A stretch of 64,000 nt of DNA from the human T2T-CHM13v2.0 reference genome, Homo sapiens: the NCBI RefSeq assembly GCF_009914755.1, contig NC_060947.1, one strand, 5' to 3'. Shown here piece after piece: positions 1 to 14,624 of this stretch. Under the pieces are notes generated by a model. The model saw only the letters and a list, made by a program, of their open reading frames with translations, did no database searches and was not told where the DNA came from. The translations under genes and the position numbers were made by a program. Numbering within the stretch: position 1 is the stretch's first letter; each line of letters begins with the position of its first letter.

Positions 1-490
1 TCACCATCGCCTCAGGAGATGCCTCCATGCTCTCCTTGGGTGACCCTTTCACACTCTCCTTGGGGGCTACTTCTGCGCTCCCCTTGGGAGGTGCTTCCAG
101 GCTCCCCTCTGGGGCTGCTTCCACGCTCACCTCTGGCAGTGCTTCCAGACTCACTTCCGGGGGTGCTTCCAGGCTCGCCTCCGGGGATGCTACTATGCTC
201 ACCTTGGGAACTGTTTCCAGGTCCACCTTCGGGAGTGCTTCTATGCTCAACTCGGGGGATGCGTCCATGCTCATCTCAGAATCATATGTGCTCACCACAG
301 GCGACACGTCCACGCTCACCACAGGGAATGAGTCCGTGCTCACCTCAGGGGCCATGCCCACACCTGCCTTGGGGGACGCTTCCATGCTTGTGTTGCAGAA
401 TACTTCCACATTCACCTGGGGGGGTGCATCCACACTTGCCTTGGGAGGTGTCTCTACTTTCTCCAAGGGAGACTCTTCTACTTTTGTTTG
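1..490 (-). repeat. Coding 24-bp degenerate tandem repeat (8-aa unit) in MAP7D3 exon 8
   Basis: Periodic GCTTCCA...CTCACCTC-like units on the + strand; peptide EASLEAPP/EVSLEALP/EVSVEAAP/EGSLEAPP. Confidence 0.85.
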
Positions 491-603
491 AGGAGGTATT
501 TTCATTGTCGACATGGGAAACATAACAGCCCTCAATTCGTCGCTAGTACATTTACGCAAGGGTACAGTGACATACTGCATTACATAATTGGTGACGCCTG
601 TAA
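1..603 (-). CDS. MAP7D3: MAP7D3 exon 8, partial (runs off the window); VTGVTNYVMQYV... followed by 8-aa repeats
   Basis: CAG| acceptor at 605-604; open frame to the window edge encoding EVSLEAPP-like repeats. Confidence 0.93.
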
Positions 604-1289
604 CTGAATGAGGACAGAGCATGAAATTCCCTAAGTTAGAAATCTGACAAGAAAAGGATGCACCAGGTACACAGTATAAGAACAGGAACACAGAAAAGAG
701 ATTGTTTATTAGGAAAGCACAGGGATTACACACAACACAGGAAATGCTTAGTGAAATGGATGACAGACACAGGACAGAACTATCACAAAGTCACTACTTC
801 GGAAGCAACATTAACAACAGTCGTTGTAAAGGCAATAGTCTATTACAGATGAAAATAAGATGCTTCTCCAAAGTTGATGTTTGCAATAAGCTGTTTCTAT
901 TTTAATCATACTATATTTCAGAATAATTTTCACAAAAAATTACAAGATCTTCAACCCTTTCTAAAAGTAATCTAAACATCTTCGCCAGGGCTAGAGATCT
1001 TACCATTATAGGTGATTATGTAAGATACTCCATATTTTAATGTTTTAGAATAGAATGTAAGAAAGAGCATTTTCTCACCCATACTAAAAACTTAATAAGA
1101 CATTAATCAGAGTGGGTTGGATCTCCAAGGTCCTTTCCACCTTTAACAATCTAATTTTATTTTTCCTATGAAACGGACGAAAATGATAATATTTGGTGCC
1201 AGGTAAGATGGAAGAAAGTGATTAATACCAATGTTTGGAACCAGGCAACCTCATCACAACTGGTGGGAGTATAGATTTGTATATTTTCC

Positions 1290-1560
1290 CTGGGGAGCAT
1301 AAAAAGTACATACTGTTTGTTCCAGCAATTCTACTTCTAGGTTTACCCTTAGGAAAAAAAAAATTACATAAATATATAAAAATGCATGTATAAAGTTGCT
1401 AATTACTGCACTGTTTATAATACTGAAACAATTGAAAATACCATCCAAATGTTCCAAAGGAAATGTAGACCATATTAAGGCAGTCACTAAGAGCAATAAT
1501 ATGAAATATTTTGGACATAGAAGATGGAAAGCAGGTTATTTCATTTTGTGAAAAAAAATA
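1290..1560 (+). mobile_element. Old L1 (L1M-type) fragment
   Basis: CCAGCAATTCTACTTCTAGG...GCACTGTTTATAATA...CCAAATGTTC resembles the L1 ORF2 3' end; boundaries approximate. Confidence 0.55.
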
Positions 1561-1614
1561 AATGCAAAGAAAAATATGAAGTTACCAGTGAGCACAGGGA
1601 TAATGGGGGATTAG

Positions 1615-1961
<347 letters not shown>

Positions 1962-3110
1962 TAAACATTTTTCAAAAGGTATTTGGAGGTGGCTTCCTTA
2001 AGACCTGGTAAATTAAACTAAAAAAAAAAAAAAAAAAAAAAAAAAAAGACCTGGTTAAATTTATCTGCCATCTCATCTTTAAGTATGGGTGGCAAATTTT
2101 CACCTAATCTTACCCCAAATTACCAAAGATAGACTACTTATGAATAAAGCTTTTAGTTAAATTAAATGTTATCTTTTAGTCCCTCACTTTTAGTGGAGAA
2201 AGCATTTTATTTACATATCTACATGTGCCTAAACAGTCACATTACACCAACAGTTTGTGCTACAGAAAATATAGTATGACTGGATTTGTATTAGCTATAA
2301 ACTTTTAAGACAAAATATTGAGATTTTTTGGATGGTGGTAATAGAAATATCTCACCATAGATTGGTGGGAAAGGGAGACTGGCAGAAAATAACCTGACAT
2401 ACATATAATTGGGCATAAAAAAGTCAGGAATTAGAACAAAAGAAATAAGGCTGCAGTACAAGAAAGTCTGTGATAGCATTTAGATGTGTTTTACTAATCA
2501 TATAAATACTAACAGAGAAAAAGCAAAGGGAGTGGGATATATACTGGAAAGGAAAAAGTGAAGGGGAAAAAAAAGAAAAAAAATCATAGGAACAATGCAT
2601 TAGTCCTTTCCATTACTGGGTGGGGGGGGTGGTCTTGCTATCCAAAGGCAAGTCTAATGCTATATGTAAACTATAAATGAGAAAGTCCACACAACTCTGA
2701 AGATGTTTCATGTTAAGAACAATCTTTAGGTCTCTAACTAAAAGCTGAAGGGTGGCTCTATGCTATTCTTCCATATTTTAGGTGAAAAAAGGAAGGTAGA
2801 GTAGGAAACTTTCTCCCTTGAAATGAGTGAAGGTTTTCTATATTTTTAAAACCCATAGAACTTTAAAATTTAACAAACACCTTCAAAGTTAGCTATCTCA
2901 TCCTACAAATTACCTGTCTCCCATATAACTGCCCTATCATGTTAGAAGTCATAAAATAAATATGCAACATCAAATGCTGGGTAAAATCACTAATATGGTA
3001 ACTACGGATTCAAACTATTTTGATGCCTAAATGCAACAAATTCAGTGATGAAGCCTGCTTTGAAATGCAAACACTTAACACCTCCTGGCTTTCCACCATA
3101 TGCCTGTTAC

Positions 3111-3236
3111 CTGGATCATCTTTTCCAGGGCTGGATAATGAAGCAGCACTTCTGCTTCTGGCTAATGACGCTTTTGTTGGGCTGAACAGACAACTGATTA
3201 AATTATTCTCTTGAGAACTGATATATGAGCAACGAG
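3111..3236 (-). pseudogene. Putative inactivated (fossil) MAP7D3 exon in intron 7, 126 nt, phase 1-1
   Basis: Open frame (A)RCSYISSQENNLISCLFSPTKASLARSRSAASLSSPGKDDP aligns without gaps to the MAP7 motif; intact donor CAG|GTAACA; acceptor position reads ATAT| instead of ATAG|. Confidence 0.7.
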
Positions 3237-3848
3237 ATATATGATGAGAACAAATCCAAAGGATTCCATTGGAGGTCTCACAAATGCAAAGCAAGAAAGA
3301 GCAATGCAAACTGCTCTCAACAGCAGCTTTCCCAGCAACACAAAACACTGAACACAGTCATCTGACTGGACTGCACTGTCAAAGAAGAGATCCTCAGAAT
3401 AAAAGGAGAAAGGCCACAGCATACATACCAAAATAACTCTAAGGAAAGAATCTAGGTAACATTTCAAACAGAGCCATTCCCCACCGTATGAAATTTATGG
3501 AGGAACTCACACTTGAGGAAAAAAGTTGCACATGGCAAAACAACTTTGAGAAAGATTCCTACAGATAGACAGCACTGAAAATCATAATGGTCAAGTCCAC
3601 TGCCAAAGGCTCCAAGGAAGTGAATAAACACTTTTGTTAAAAGTAAATTTTGTTGTAAATATCTTGCTCCAATAAATCTTCATGTTCATAAAGATCCCTG
3701 TGTCAATGACATTTGTTCTAATAGGATTTGACCTGAATCAATTAGGTGGAAGGTCTTCTGTAAAGGAATGGTTTGGTATGAAACAAAAAGCAACAAATAC
3801 ACGTGAAAGGAAAATGCTAGGGAAAGGTGTTAGAAAGAAACTACTTTA

Positions 3849-4167
<319 letters not shown>

Positions 4168-4626
4168 TTATGTAAAGAAGTACTTTAGTAATCACTGTGA
4201 AATTCTGTGAATAATCAGCAGTGAAAATATGCACAAAGGATATATGTGGGTAATGCTATGAAGCAAGGGCAAAGCTTTGAAGTTCGAAATGTGGCCGGGT
4301 ATTTAAACTTCCAAATACAAATTAATGAAATACTGGAAGTGAATCAAATCCTCCAGTACACTCCTATCTATACCAATATTCTGTGATTTATTTCCCCAGC
4401 TGCATTATCCACCCCTTGTCAGATGATGGCAGGAATTATATACTTCATTTAAAGACAGATTTTTCTGGCTTTAGCCAAATAAGCATGGCACCAAAGCACA
4501 TTTTTTCAGTCTAAGAAGGAATATTTTGGCTTCCAATTTTGGGAATGATTTTTCAAGCAATTCAATGTTGACATAAAATACCTCTTTTAAATCACTATTT
4601 AAAATTTGTATTTAGAAGTAACTAAC

Positions 4627-4722
4627 CACGTGGCTTCCTTTCGGCTTGTTCTTTATCAGTAGACGAATGTAGGTTACTATCTCTTCTATTTAAAGATGAG
4701 CTTCTCTCCTTGTCTGTTTTCC
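4627..4722 (-). CDS. MAP7D3: MAP7D3 exon 7 (96 nt, RKTDKERSSSLNRR...ERKPR)
   Basis: CTCTCTAG| acceptor, G|GTTAGT donor; cumulative CDS 736 nt. Confidence 0.93.
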
Positions 4723-6110
4723 CTAGAGAGCAAGTACAAAAGGAATATTAGTTTTCATAAACTACTAATTATCTCAGGAGTGAGATACTCCTTTTTCAAA
4801 CATTTTTTATGTTCTCTACCTTGCTTATAAGACTTAATTTCAAATATTATGCAGAGATTCTATATCCCCAAGCTTAAAATGAGTTTATTCTTTATCTGAA
4901 ATGAAAAAAAATTTAGAAAATGGTAAAAATTAAGAGGTAAAATATCTGACACTATCTGACATCAAAGTTCCCAAATTATAAACATACAACCCTTTAGACA
5001 TGATGCCTAATACTTAAAAGTAATTTACACTTTAGTTATAACTAGTATTTTTGTTATATATGCATATATTTAAAAAAGATATATACGTATACACACATGT
5101 ACACACACATGTGCACACACCAGTATAAAATGATGAAAACATGAAACTCCAATATCAATCATTTAGATAAAAAGATATTTGTTCTTAACATAAAGAAAAC
5201 GAATTATCTGAGTTATACATGTATCAACTTGTAGGCTCTAACAGACTGTCAGTGTTTTACCCTGCGGAGCCATTCTTTTGATATCAGGTGTAAAGTTATT
5301 GATAGCTGTAGCATCTGATTTCTGCATCATGGCCAAAAAGTGGCTTTCAGAGGCTCAGGTCCTGGACCTTACAAGTTAAATAGTTATAACTAGTATTTTT
5401 AAAATAAAAATGAATATTAACAATTGGTATAAATGCCACGATTTAAGCAAACCAAGGAGAAATAATCTGCTTCCATGTAGACACTTTCATTTCACTTGAG
5501 ATACCCTCGCTCAGAATACTGAGAAATGTCTGTTTAAAAAATAATTTCTCTTTCGGGGATTTGTAAACTAAAGTACATGTTGACAACACAGTATCATCGG
5601 AAAATTCCTTGAATTAATAATGTGATTGAGCAGCATGAACCACAGAGGTGGTTAGATCATGTGATTAAGTCGGTATCCTTCATTAGCATACTGCAAAAAA
5701 TGACAAAATGGTGTGAGCAGTTATTATGAATCAGCAATGAGTAGAAAAAAATAGACTACTTGAATCAACCCAGATTTAAAATAGTTACTTAAAATATTAC
5801 AGGTTAGATTATGAACTTCATCTGAGTTTAAAATGTTGATCTCTCTGGATTGACCAGGTTTCATTTCAAGTTAAAGGTAAGACATTGTCAATATGGATTT
5901 TATTTCCTAGAAATCATTAATTATAGCATTCATCATTTCAGAGTGTGCAACATACTGTACCTTTAAGAAAATATTTCACAAAGTGTCTTCCACACATACC
6001 TTCTTGTATTAAAAGCTAATAAAGAAATCATTTTAAAAGTTTTATTTGGAATTGCTCCTTCACAGTACAATTTAACTAATTATTATCCTGAAGTCATAAT
6101 CTGTCCCTTC

Positions 6111-6690
6111 TCTTTTTTTTATTATACTTTAAGTTTTAGGGTACATGTGCACAATGTGCAGGTTTGTGACATATGTATACATGTGCCATGTTGGTGTGCT
6201 GCACCCATTAACTCATCATTTAACATTAGGTATATCTCCTAATGCCATCCCTCCCCCCTCCCCACACCCCACAACAGGCCCCGGTGTGTGATGTTCCCCT
6301 TCCTGTGTCCATGTGTTCTCCTTGCTCAATTCCCACCTATGAGTGAGAACATGCATTGTTTGGTTTTTTGTCCTTGCGATAGTTTGCTGAGAATGATGGT
6401 TTCCAGTTTCATCCATGTTCCTACAAAGGACATGAACTCATCATTTTTTATGGCTGCATAGTATTCCATGGTGTATATGTGCCACATTTTCTTAATCCAG
6501 TCTATCATTGATGGACATTTGGGTTGGTTCCAAGTCTTTGCTATTGTGAATAGTGCCGCAATAAAAATACGTGTGCATGTGTCTTTATAGCAGCATGATT
6601 TATAATCCTTTGGGTATATACCCAGTAATGGGATGGCTGGGTCAAATGGTGTTTCTAGTTCTAGATTCCTGAGGAATCGCCACACTGACT
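6111..6690 (-). mobile_element. 5'-truncated L1PA (3' end: ORF2 C-terminus plus 3'UTR)
   Basis: ORF 6326-6685 WRFLRNLELETPFDPAIPLLGIYP...LIGGN is the L1 ORF2 C-terminus; canonical L1PA 3'UTR. Confidence 0.95.
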
Positions 6691-8281
6691 ACATGTCTCA
6701 TTAATAAGGCTTTTGCTCATTATACTAAATATGTAATAAATGTCTATGAGATAAATCTTTGCTAATTCCTGAAAGCAATTAGATAGTAAAACAGAGTCAA
6801 TGCTTGTGGAACAATTAAGATATATTAAAATGAAAGTACATAAACATGGCATTGCAATTAATGTTATCTAATTTTTCTAAAGGATTTAGTTGGTGAATAA
6901 TAAATTAATTTTACCATATTATAAGCAAGGTGCCAGAGAAAATCTTCCCATATTAATCTATGAACAAACCCAGACTATATATAAAAGTGCTTTGGGAAAG
7001 CACATTGAGGGTGGAGGTGGTAAGTGGATGAACTTTTCTCAGACCAATACAAGAGAAAATGTGATATACTCAGACTGACAATAAAAGACCTCTCAAGCTC
7101 ATCATTGAAATTTTAAGAGTCCTAAAAGTACAAATAACATAATGTAAGTTGGAACAAAAATCCTTTCGCCCTAGAAATCCTTTTCAACATATTAAAAACT
7201 ATATTGTTTTAGGCAAAAATGGAAATCTTTTCCATAAGGTTAACTACTGCTACAATTAATTATACTTTAAATTGTATCCAAAATCTTTTGCTGTACTGGA
7301 ATTGTATAGCAATCAGCATTGCTCAAAAATTGTCGAGATACCTAATAATGCAAAACAAACATTTTAAAATTCAAACTATAATTATGCCTTATTCAATTCA
7401 CAAGGCACAAAAGCCATCTTTCCTCATCATTTTTACTGGCTAAGTTTAAGGGAATGATGTGGAATTTGTGCTCTTTTTCCTCTCAAGAACATTCCTTTTT
7501 TTCCTCTAGAAAGAAAAGGGATCTTTTTTTTGGATTGATGGGTATAGTTGCCTAATCCATTTCAATTATCAGTGAGAGGCACCATGTGCTACAAGCCAGA
7601 CATGGTTATTGACACACACTTGGGTATAGATTTTTCTTTTAATAAGGAACACTAATTAAAAGGACAAACACCAGAAACAAAAAGACATTTGAATTATTCA
7701 TAGTAGATAACTTCACTGTATTTGAAACAACTCTGTATTGCCATTAGGAAGAGTTGTAAAGTGGAACTTGGCAATACGTCTATCATTAAACATCATTATC
7801 ACATTATTTGCTTTTGGGGGAAAACATTGACTTATAAATGAAAGGTACAACTTAAATATCATGATCCATCTATCAAATGACCAAAATATAAACCACAGAA
7901 AAGGATGTTAGAGTAGAAATCACTGAATTTCTTGGAGTCTTAACTATAAAACAAGGAAGGCAATTATACTTGTCTGTCAATTTTCTAAGATAATTGTGAA
8001 TAACAAATATGATATATGTAATGCAGATCAACCTGTCCACTGCTATATATATGCTATTATTTTTCTAAAATGAGGTAATATTCACAATACTTAATGGAAA
8101 TTGAATAACTGTCTAACCAGTCTGTAGAAAACACAATTTCATTTATATGTTGGTAGAATATGAACTAATCTTCAAATAAATAATTATGCCACTTAATGGC
8201 AGTGTCTTTTGACCAAAATATGTTTCAGTTTCAGCTACTGAGGTCCAATAATCCCATCTGATATGATTAACACAAACATCA

Positions 8282-8681
<400 letters not shown>

Positions 8682-8763
8682 CTAAATAGGTGGTACTGTA
8701 AAAATATAAAGAACTGATTTCATTTAATAGAAATTCAGTAGAATACATGAAATAACTACTTAC

Positions 8764-8868
8764 TTTTGGCAACGGAATTTTGAAGGCCTGCAGATGACAA
8801 AGGCATTTGTCTGATTAAAGCAGAAGTACCCTGTTCAAGTTTTTCAGTAGATGCAGATCGTTTATTGG
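8764..8868 (-). CDS. MAP7D3: MAP7D3 exon 6 (105 nt, symmetric phase 1-1; ANKRSASTEKLEQG...NSVAK)
   Basis: CAG| acceptor, A|GTAAGT donor; in frame. Confidence 0.93.
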
Positions 8869-9012
8869 CTGAGAAAAGACATAATACTTACTGTAATCAT
8901 ATTTCAAGGAGGAAAGAATCATTAACTGAAAAAAAAATGAGTTTTCATGATATAGTTCTATGGAGCACAGACTTACATTACTCAAGTTCACAATATCACT
9001 GCCCGTCAATCC

Positions 9013-9141
9013 TTTTTTTTTAGTAGAGACGGGGCTTCACCATGTTGGCCAGGCGGGTCTTGAACTCTTGACCTCAAGTGATCTGCTCGCCTTGGCCTCT
9101 CAAAGTGCTGGGACTACAGGTGTGAGCCACGGCAACTGGCC
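9013..9141 (-). mobile_element. Alu left monomer
   Basis: TTTTTAGTAGAGACGGGG...GTGAGCCAC; left arm only. Confidence 0.9.
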
Positions 9142-9541
9142 AATCCTTCTAAACTACATAAATTTTACTTTTGTTTTCTGAAATTGTGTAGAATTATGTG
9201 CATATAAGAAAATTTACACTAAATCAATAGTAGACAAGGCAGACTTATTTTTAAAAATATGCATTTGATAAGCTGTGTAAAGCTTAGTCATTATTCAGCA
9301 TTTTTCTGCTGATTATAAGTTTAAATAAGATTTTAGGTATATTGAGCTAAATAAAATCTACTATAACATTTCACCTGTTTCTTTTGCAATGGCATATGAC
9401 AGAAATTTAAATTTACTATATACAGTATTTTTGTTTAGGATACAAACACTAAAATCTTGCTGTAAATGCAAGCTTCTACTCATAGCCAATATTTAAACAA
9501 GAACATAAACAAACTTAAAATTTAATGGGTGTATTAATTAC

Positions 9542-9659
9542 CAGTTTTGCTCTCAGAATTCGCCATTGCAGAGCCTCCCCATGACCATCTTTTTTGCTGA
9601 TAATCATCAGCAAGTCTCCTCCGTTCCAAAGTACGATAAAGAATGGCTGTAAATTTTTC
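9542..9659 (-). CDS. MAP7D3: MAP7D3 exon 5 (118 nt, EKFTAILYRTLERRR...QQKRWSWGGS...ESKT)
   Basis: TAG| acceptor, G|GTAATT donor; contains the MAP7-family RWSWGG motif. Confidence 0.95.
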
Positions 9660-11804
9660 CTATTTAAAATAAAAACCAACATATTTTTACATATTCATCA
9701 AATTAGTATAATTTTGATCTGTGGTTTATAAAATAAACCATAACCAAATTTCTGTCTCAGGTAAAAGTTTAAAATAATTGGAGATATGTCTCAGCTATCA
9801 ATCAATACCAGTGCTTCTCCTAAATAACTCATTTTTTTTTATCTTATGGACCTTGCATTAAGAAAATGACCATGCTTTCCTCTTTGTTTGTATCATTAGG
9901 AAATTTAGAGCCAAATGTGTAGCCTCTTTCTAGCAACTGTACAAAGACTGATTGGTATACTTTTGTGCATGCTAATCATACCTTATGTTTTATTTGCCTA
10001 TGTTAGTTTTCCCCTCTGCTTGATTCCCCCAACCATTTATTTTTATCATCTGGTGTGGTATGTATTTTTAAGTCACCTTAAATTCTTTGTAGAATGAGGC
10101 AGGGGAAAAATCAGCACACATATAAGTTAAATTTATACCAGAATCATCTAGTATACTCACATCTGTAACAGTTAAAATTCTGGTGTTAACTAATAAAAAT
10201 AAAGTTTCAAAAAAGATAATCAATATATTTGTCTTGACCTCAACTTTAGCTGGTCAAGACAACAGCTATACAAAGTAAATACCATGCTGCAGCAAAACAA
10301 CTCCACTTCCAGAAATGAGCTCTTCTCTCAAATATTTCTCATCCTTGTACTGTGCCATACCATGAACTCAGGTAAGCAAATCAACTTTTAGGACCAGAGA
10401 TCTTCTATTTTTCCCTAACAACAACCGTTTCATAGCAAACACCATCCTTACAAAGCCTCTACTGTTTCTACCAATGGCAAAGATAAACGTACTAGGAAAA
10501 TGGAGATGAGCCATATCTTCTGAGAAGAAAAGCAACCGCAATTCTTAAAATAAAGTTGATACAATGGGCAACATTTGAAAATTATATTTTCTAACAGAAA
10601 GGCAGTTGTTCTGAATTACTTAGAAACCCTGAAACTATAATAGACTAAAAACAAAGATTAACTTTGTATTATTAAACTATTTCTGATTCTATTCCACTGT
10701 TTCCAAATGCATTACCTACTGTGCTCTCTTCCAGGTCCCTTCTCACATCGTGGCCACCCAGGGCTCACATAGAAGTTCCTATCCCATTTCATATACACCT
10801 CCTGTCCACACTCATCCCTCCTCAGCACCACTGAGTCTGGGTTTTTTTTTTCTGCTCTCCAGAATTCCTCTCTTTTGCTATATGTAGCCTACTTACAGTG
10901 TCCCATGTCCCCTGTTCTGTCTGGGACTCTCCCGCACTAGCTATCTGGGGTTTTCTTTTGCCCCTTCTCCTGCCATGTCTGTGGCTCCCTTTCTGTCTGC
11001 AGTGTCATTTTGCTGCATTCTCTTCTATTCTCTGTGTTCTCTCTGGCAGCTTCCTCTTTCTCTAAGATAGTCTTTATTTTTTGGTCTCAGTCCCTGTGAC
11101 TTGTCTCTCTCCTCCATGGACTCCCACTCACTCTACACACAGTTTGTATTTCACTTTCTTTGGTTCTTTACTTAGTTCTTGGTTCTTTCTTCGTTTATCA
11201 TTACTTAGTTCATTCTCTCTCTTTCTCTGGCCTTCATCTCTTTACCACAGAAAAGTAAAATAAGAGAGATGTTTCAAGAAGATGATGGAAAGTGACAGAA
11301 ATTCTGAATGAGAGTCTACCAAATACTAGAGCATGAAACAGAGCATAAACAACCACAGAAAAGGGTTCAGAAAGGGAGAGATATAGTACACCATGGATGG
11401 GGAAAAAGTGGCACAAGAAGTGTCCTAGAATCAGGAAGCTCTCCAGATAGGGTGCAGGGCTGGAGAGGAAGCACGTACAAGAGCAAAGGTATGGATGAGG
11501 AGGGAGGAAACTGAGCACCGCAGAGAAAGACAAGAGGAAGCTTCATGGGAGAAATGGAACCAAAGAGAAAAGGAGAGAAAAAGAAATGCAAATATTAGAG
11601 TGACAGAAAATAAGAGAGGGAAATAAAAATACAACACACTGAGAGAATGGCAGGCAGAGGATATAAAGATGGGGAAAAACAGACAGAAGCTAAGACAAAG
11701 ACAGAATAAAGAAAATCAAGCTGCCTCAGGCAGAAAAAGGCCAGAGTCAGAGACCAAAAGACAGACTAAGGCTTATTTAGGGACACTTAAGAATCCCTAT
11801 AATA

Positions 11805-12149
<345 letters not shown>

Positions 12150-13013
12150 TCACAGCGACCACGCTAGATTCAGAAGGAGTGAAGCATACTCCAAGTCAAG
12201 TAGTGAAATGACCTACAAGAGAAAAATTTGGTGTCAGAGAGAATCATACGGAATGAGACAGGTAGCCAGATGCCCAGTACCACAAAAGACAAACTGAAGA
12301 AAGACAGAAGTGAAAAAGAGAGGGCATAACAAAGCCACAGACTCATCCCAACAGAGTGCCAAAGACACCAAAAGAGAATCCAGAAAGGAAAAGAGAGGAG
12401 CAGTGCCACAAAACAAGAGCAAGAATGCTGACTCTGAACCACACATCCAGAGGGGCCCCGTCAGGAAAGGGAATGTGAGGAACACGGAGACAGAGGGTAG
12501 AGAGGGAGAGAGTGTGAGTGTGCACCAGAGGGAGCCAGGGAAGCTGAAAGGGAGAGCGAATGCCCTGATTTGGCTGGGGAGTCACACTTTTAAAGGAGTT
12601 GTGAGAAATCGGTCAGATGAGGGCACGTCAGGGAGGGTCAGACAGTGGGGTCTGCCCCTATTCTGTAGGCAATGAGACAACAGTGAATACTTTTTGGTAG
12701 TAAACAGAGCCACTCAGAACAAACCCCAGGCCACAGGTACCTCATGTGCCAAGTCCTGAAGGTGGATGGGGCTTTGTTCCTGGATTTGGAAGTCTCCCCA
12801 TTCCCTAGGCTAGTGGGTCTCAGCTCCTGGCATCTTATCAGGACATGGGTAAAAGCCTATATAATGCTGAGGGGAAGAGGAAGCGAAGAAGAAAGAGCTG
12901 GGATTGGTTCCCTTTCTACAGGGCAAGTAAGGCAGAGAAGGCCTGAGAAAACAATATTCTAGACTCAGGCAACACAGTTTATCCTCTCATGCACAGGCTG
13001 CAAAATTATGTAC

Positions 13014-13177
13014 CTTTTGTGCTTCATCCTTCTGGTGTCTTTTTTCTTCTGCAGCTATTCTCCGTTGTTCTTCTTTCTCTTTTCGCTCCTTCAGCTTTCT
13101 CTGTCTTTCCTCCATCTGTTTTTCATATTGGAGCTTGGTCTTTCTTTCTTTTTCAAGTAGTTGTGTTTCTTTATTGG
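13014..13177 (-). CDS. MAP7D3: MAP7D3 exon 4 (164 nt, E/K/R/Q-rich coiled coil ANKETQLLEKERK...DEAQK)
   Basis: CAG| acceptor, AAG|GTAC donor; cumulative CDS 417 nt, phase 0. Confidence 0.95.
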
Positions 13178-13847
13178 CTGAAATATTCCAAATACATTTT
13201 CAAGGTGTAAGAGCCAAGAAAATATTTAGGTTTTCCACATTACACACACAGAAGGAAAAAGTTAACACATCTCATTCACTTTCTTAAAATAACACAACCT
13301 GTGCTAGTAACTAAAGATTTATTATAAAAGTGAACAGAGGTAGCCACTGCAGAACCATTTTCACTGAGTATTCATTTAACTCTGGAGAACTGGATTGTCT
13401 GTGCCAAATGACTCTCATCCTGTCCAAACTACAATTCCAAATTAAGAAAAAATATTTTCTTTCATGTGATATTTCTGCTGATTTGAGCTAAAGTCAAACC
13501 CTACCATATTAATATGCTGTACATTAAAATACTAATTATTAAAAACTGCATGGCCAGGATACATGTTTTGTTCCCTTCTACTAGGAAACTTCTTTCAAAG
13601 TCCTCATCTATACAGACCATATTAAACATGCCAGTTTTACATTAATGGACTTAACCATATACCATATTACAGGAGAGCAAAATTTTTCCTATATTCAAAT
13701 TTTCCCTCACTAAATGCTTCTGAAGTGTGACTCTGTATAAATTAGGATCTAAAAGGATAATCTTTTTACAACTTGGTAACATGCTTTTCATCTTATCTAT
13801 GTTAGGATTATTGGCAATTTATTTTCATTTTTAGAATAACTTTTACT

Positions 13848-14218
<371 letters not shown>

Positions 14219-14446
14219 TCAGAAAATCAAAGCTAAGATAAACTACTCCTTCAAAAATTAAACAATTTAATCAAAGAATTTTCATGGGCCTTCTTGCCTG
14301 ATTTAGTAAAAGGATTTAATCCAAAATAATACATAATATAAAAATTATACTCTATCATATAAACAAATTAGGAGGAATAAGTTAAAAACACTTTGCAATA
14401 TATAACACAATTCATTTTGATTTTTGAAAAAAGGTCTAAAATATAC

Positions 14447-14530
14447 CGTCTTGCTGTCTCCTTTTCTCCTCTCTGCGCTCTCTTGCTAATCTTTGTTTTA
14501 TGTCATTTTTAAGCATGGATCCATCGATTA
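14447..14530 (-). CDS. MAP7D3: MAP7D3 exon 3 (84 nt, VIDGSMLKNDIKQRLARERREEKRRQQD)
   Basis: Poly-T acceptor AG at 14532-14531, donor G|GTATAT; preceded by a 94-nt intron; start of the MAP7 N-terminal coiled coil. Confidence 0.95.
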
Positions 14531-14624
14531 CTAAAAAAAAAAGAATATAGTTAGATATTAATAGGATATCAAATTTTAAAGATATGACACTTTGACATCT
14601 ATCAAAGCATCAGAGAAATTATAC

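Noticed and set aside
19-525. Two plus-strand ORFs (168 aa and 154 aa)
   Set aside because: Antisense shadows of the repetitive MAP7D3 exon 8; no independent evidence of a gene
3205-3220. Alternative AG acceptor inside the fossil exon (ATCAG|TTCT)
   Set aside because: Phase 2, so it would shift the frame after the phase-1 exon 7; it does not rescue the motif
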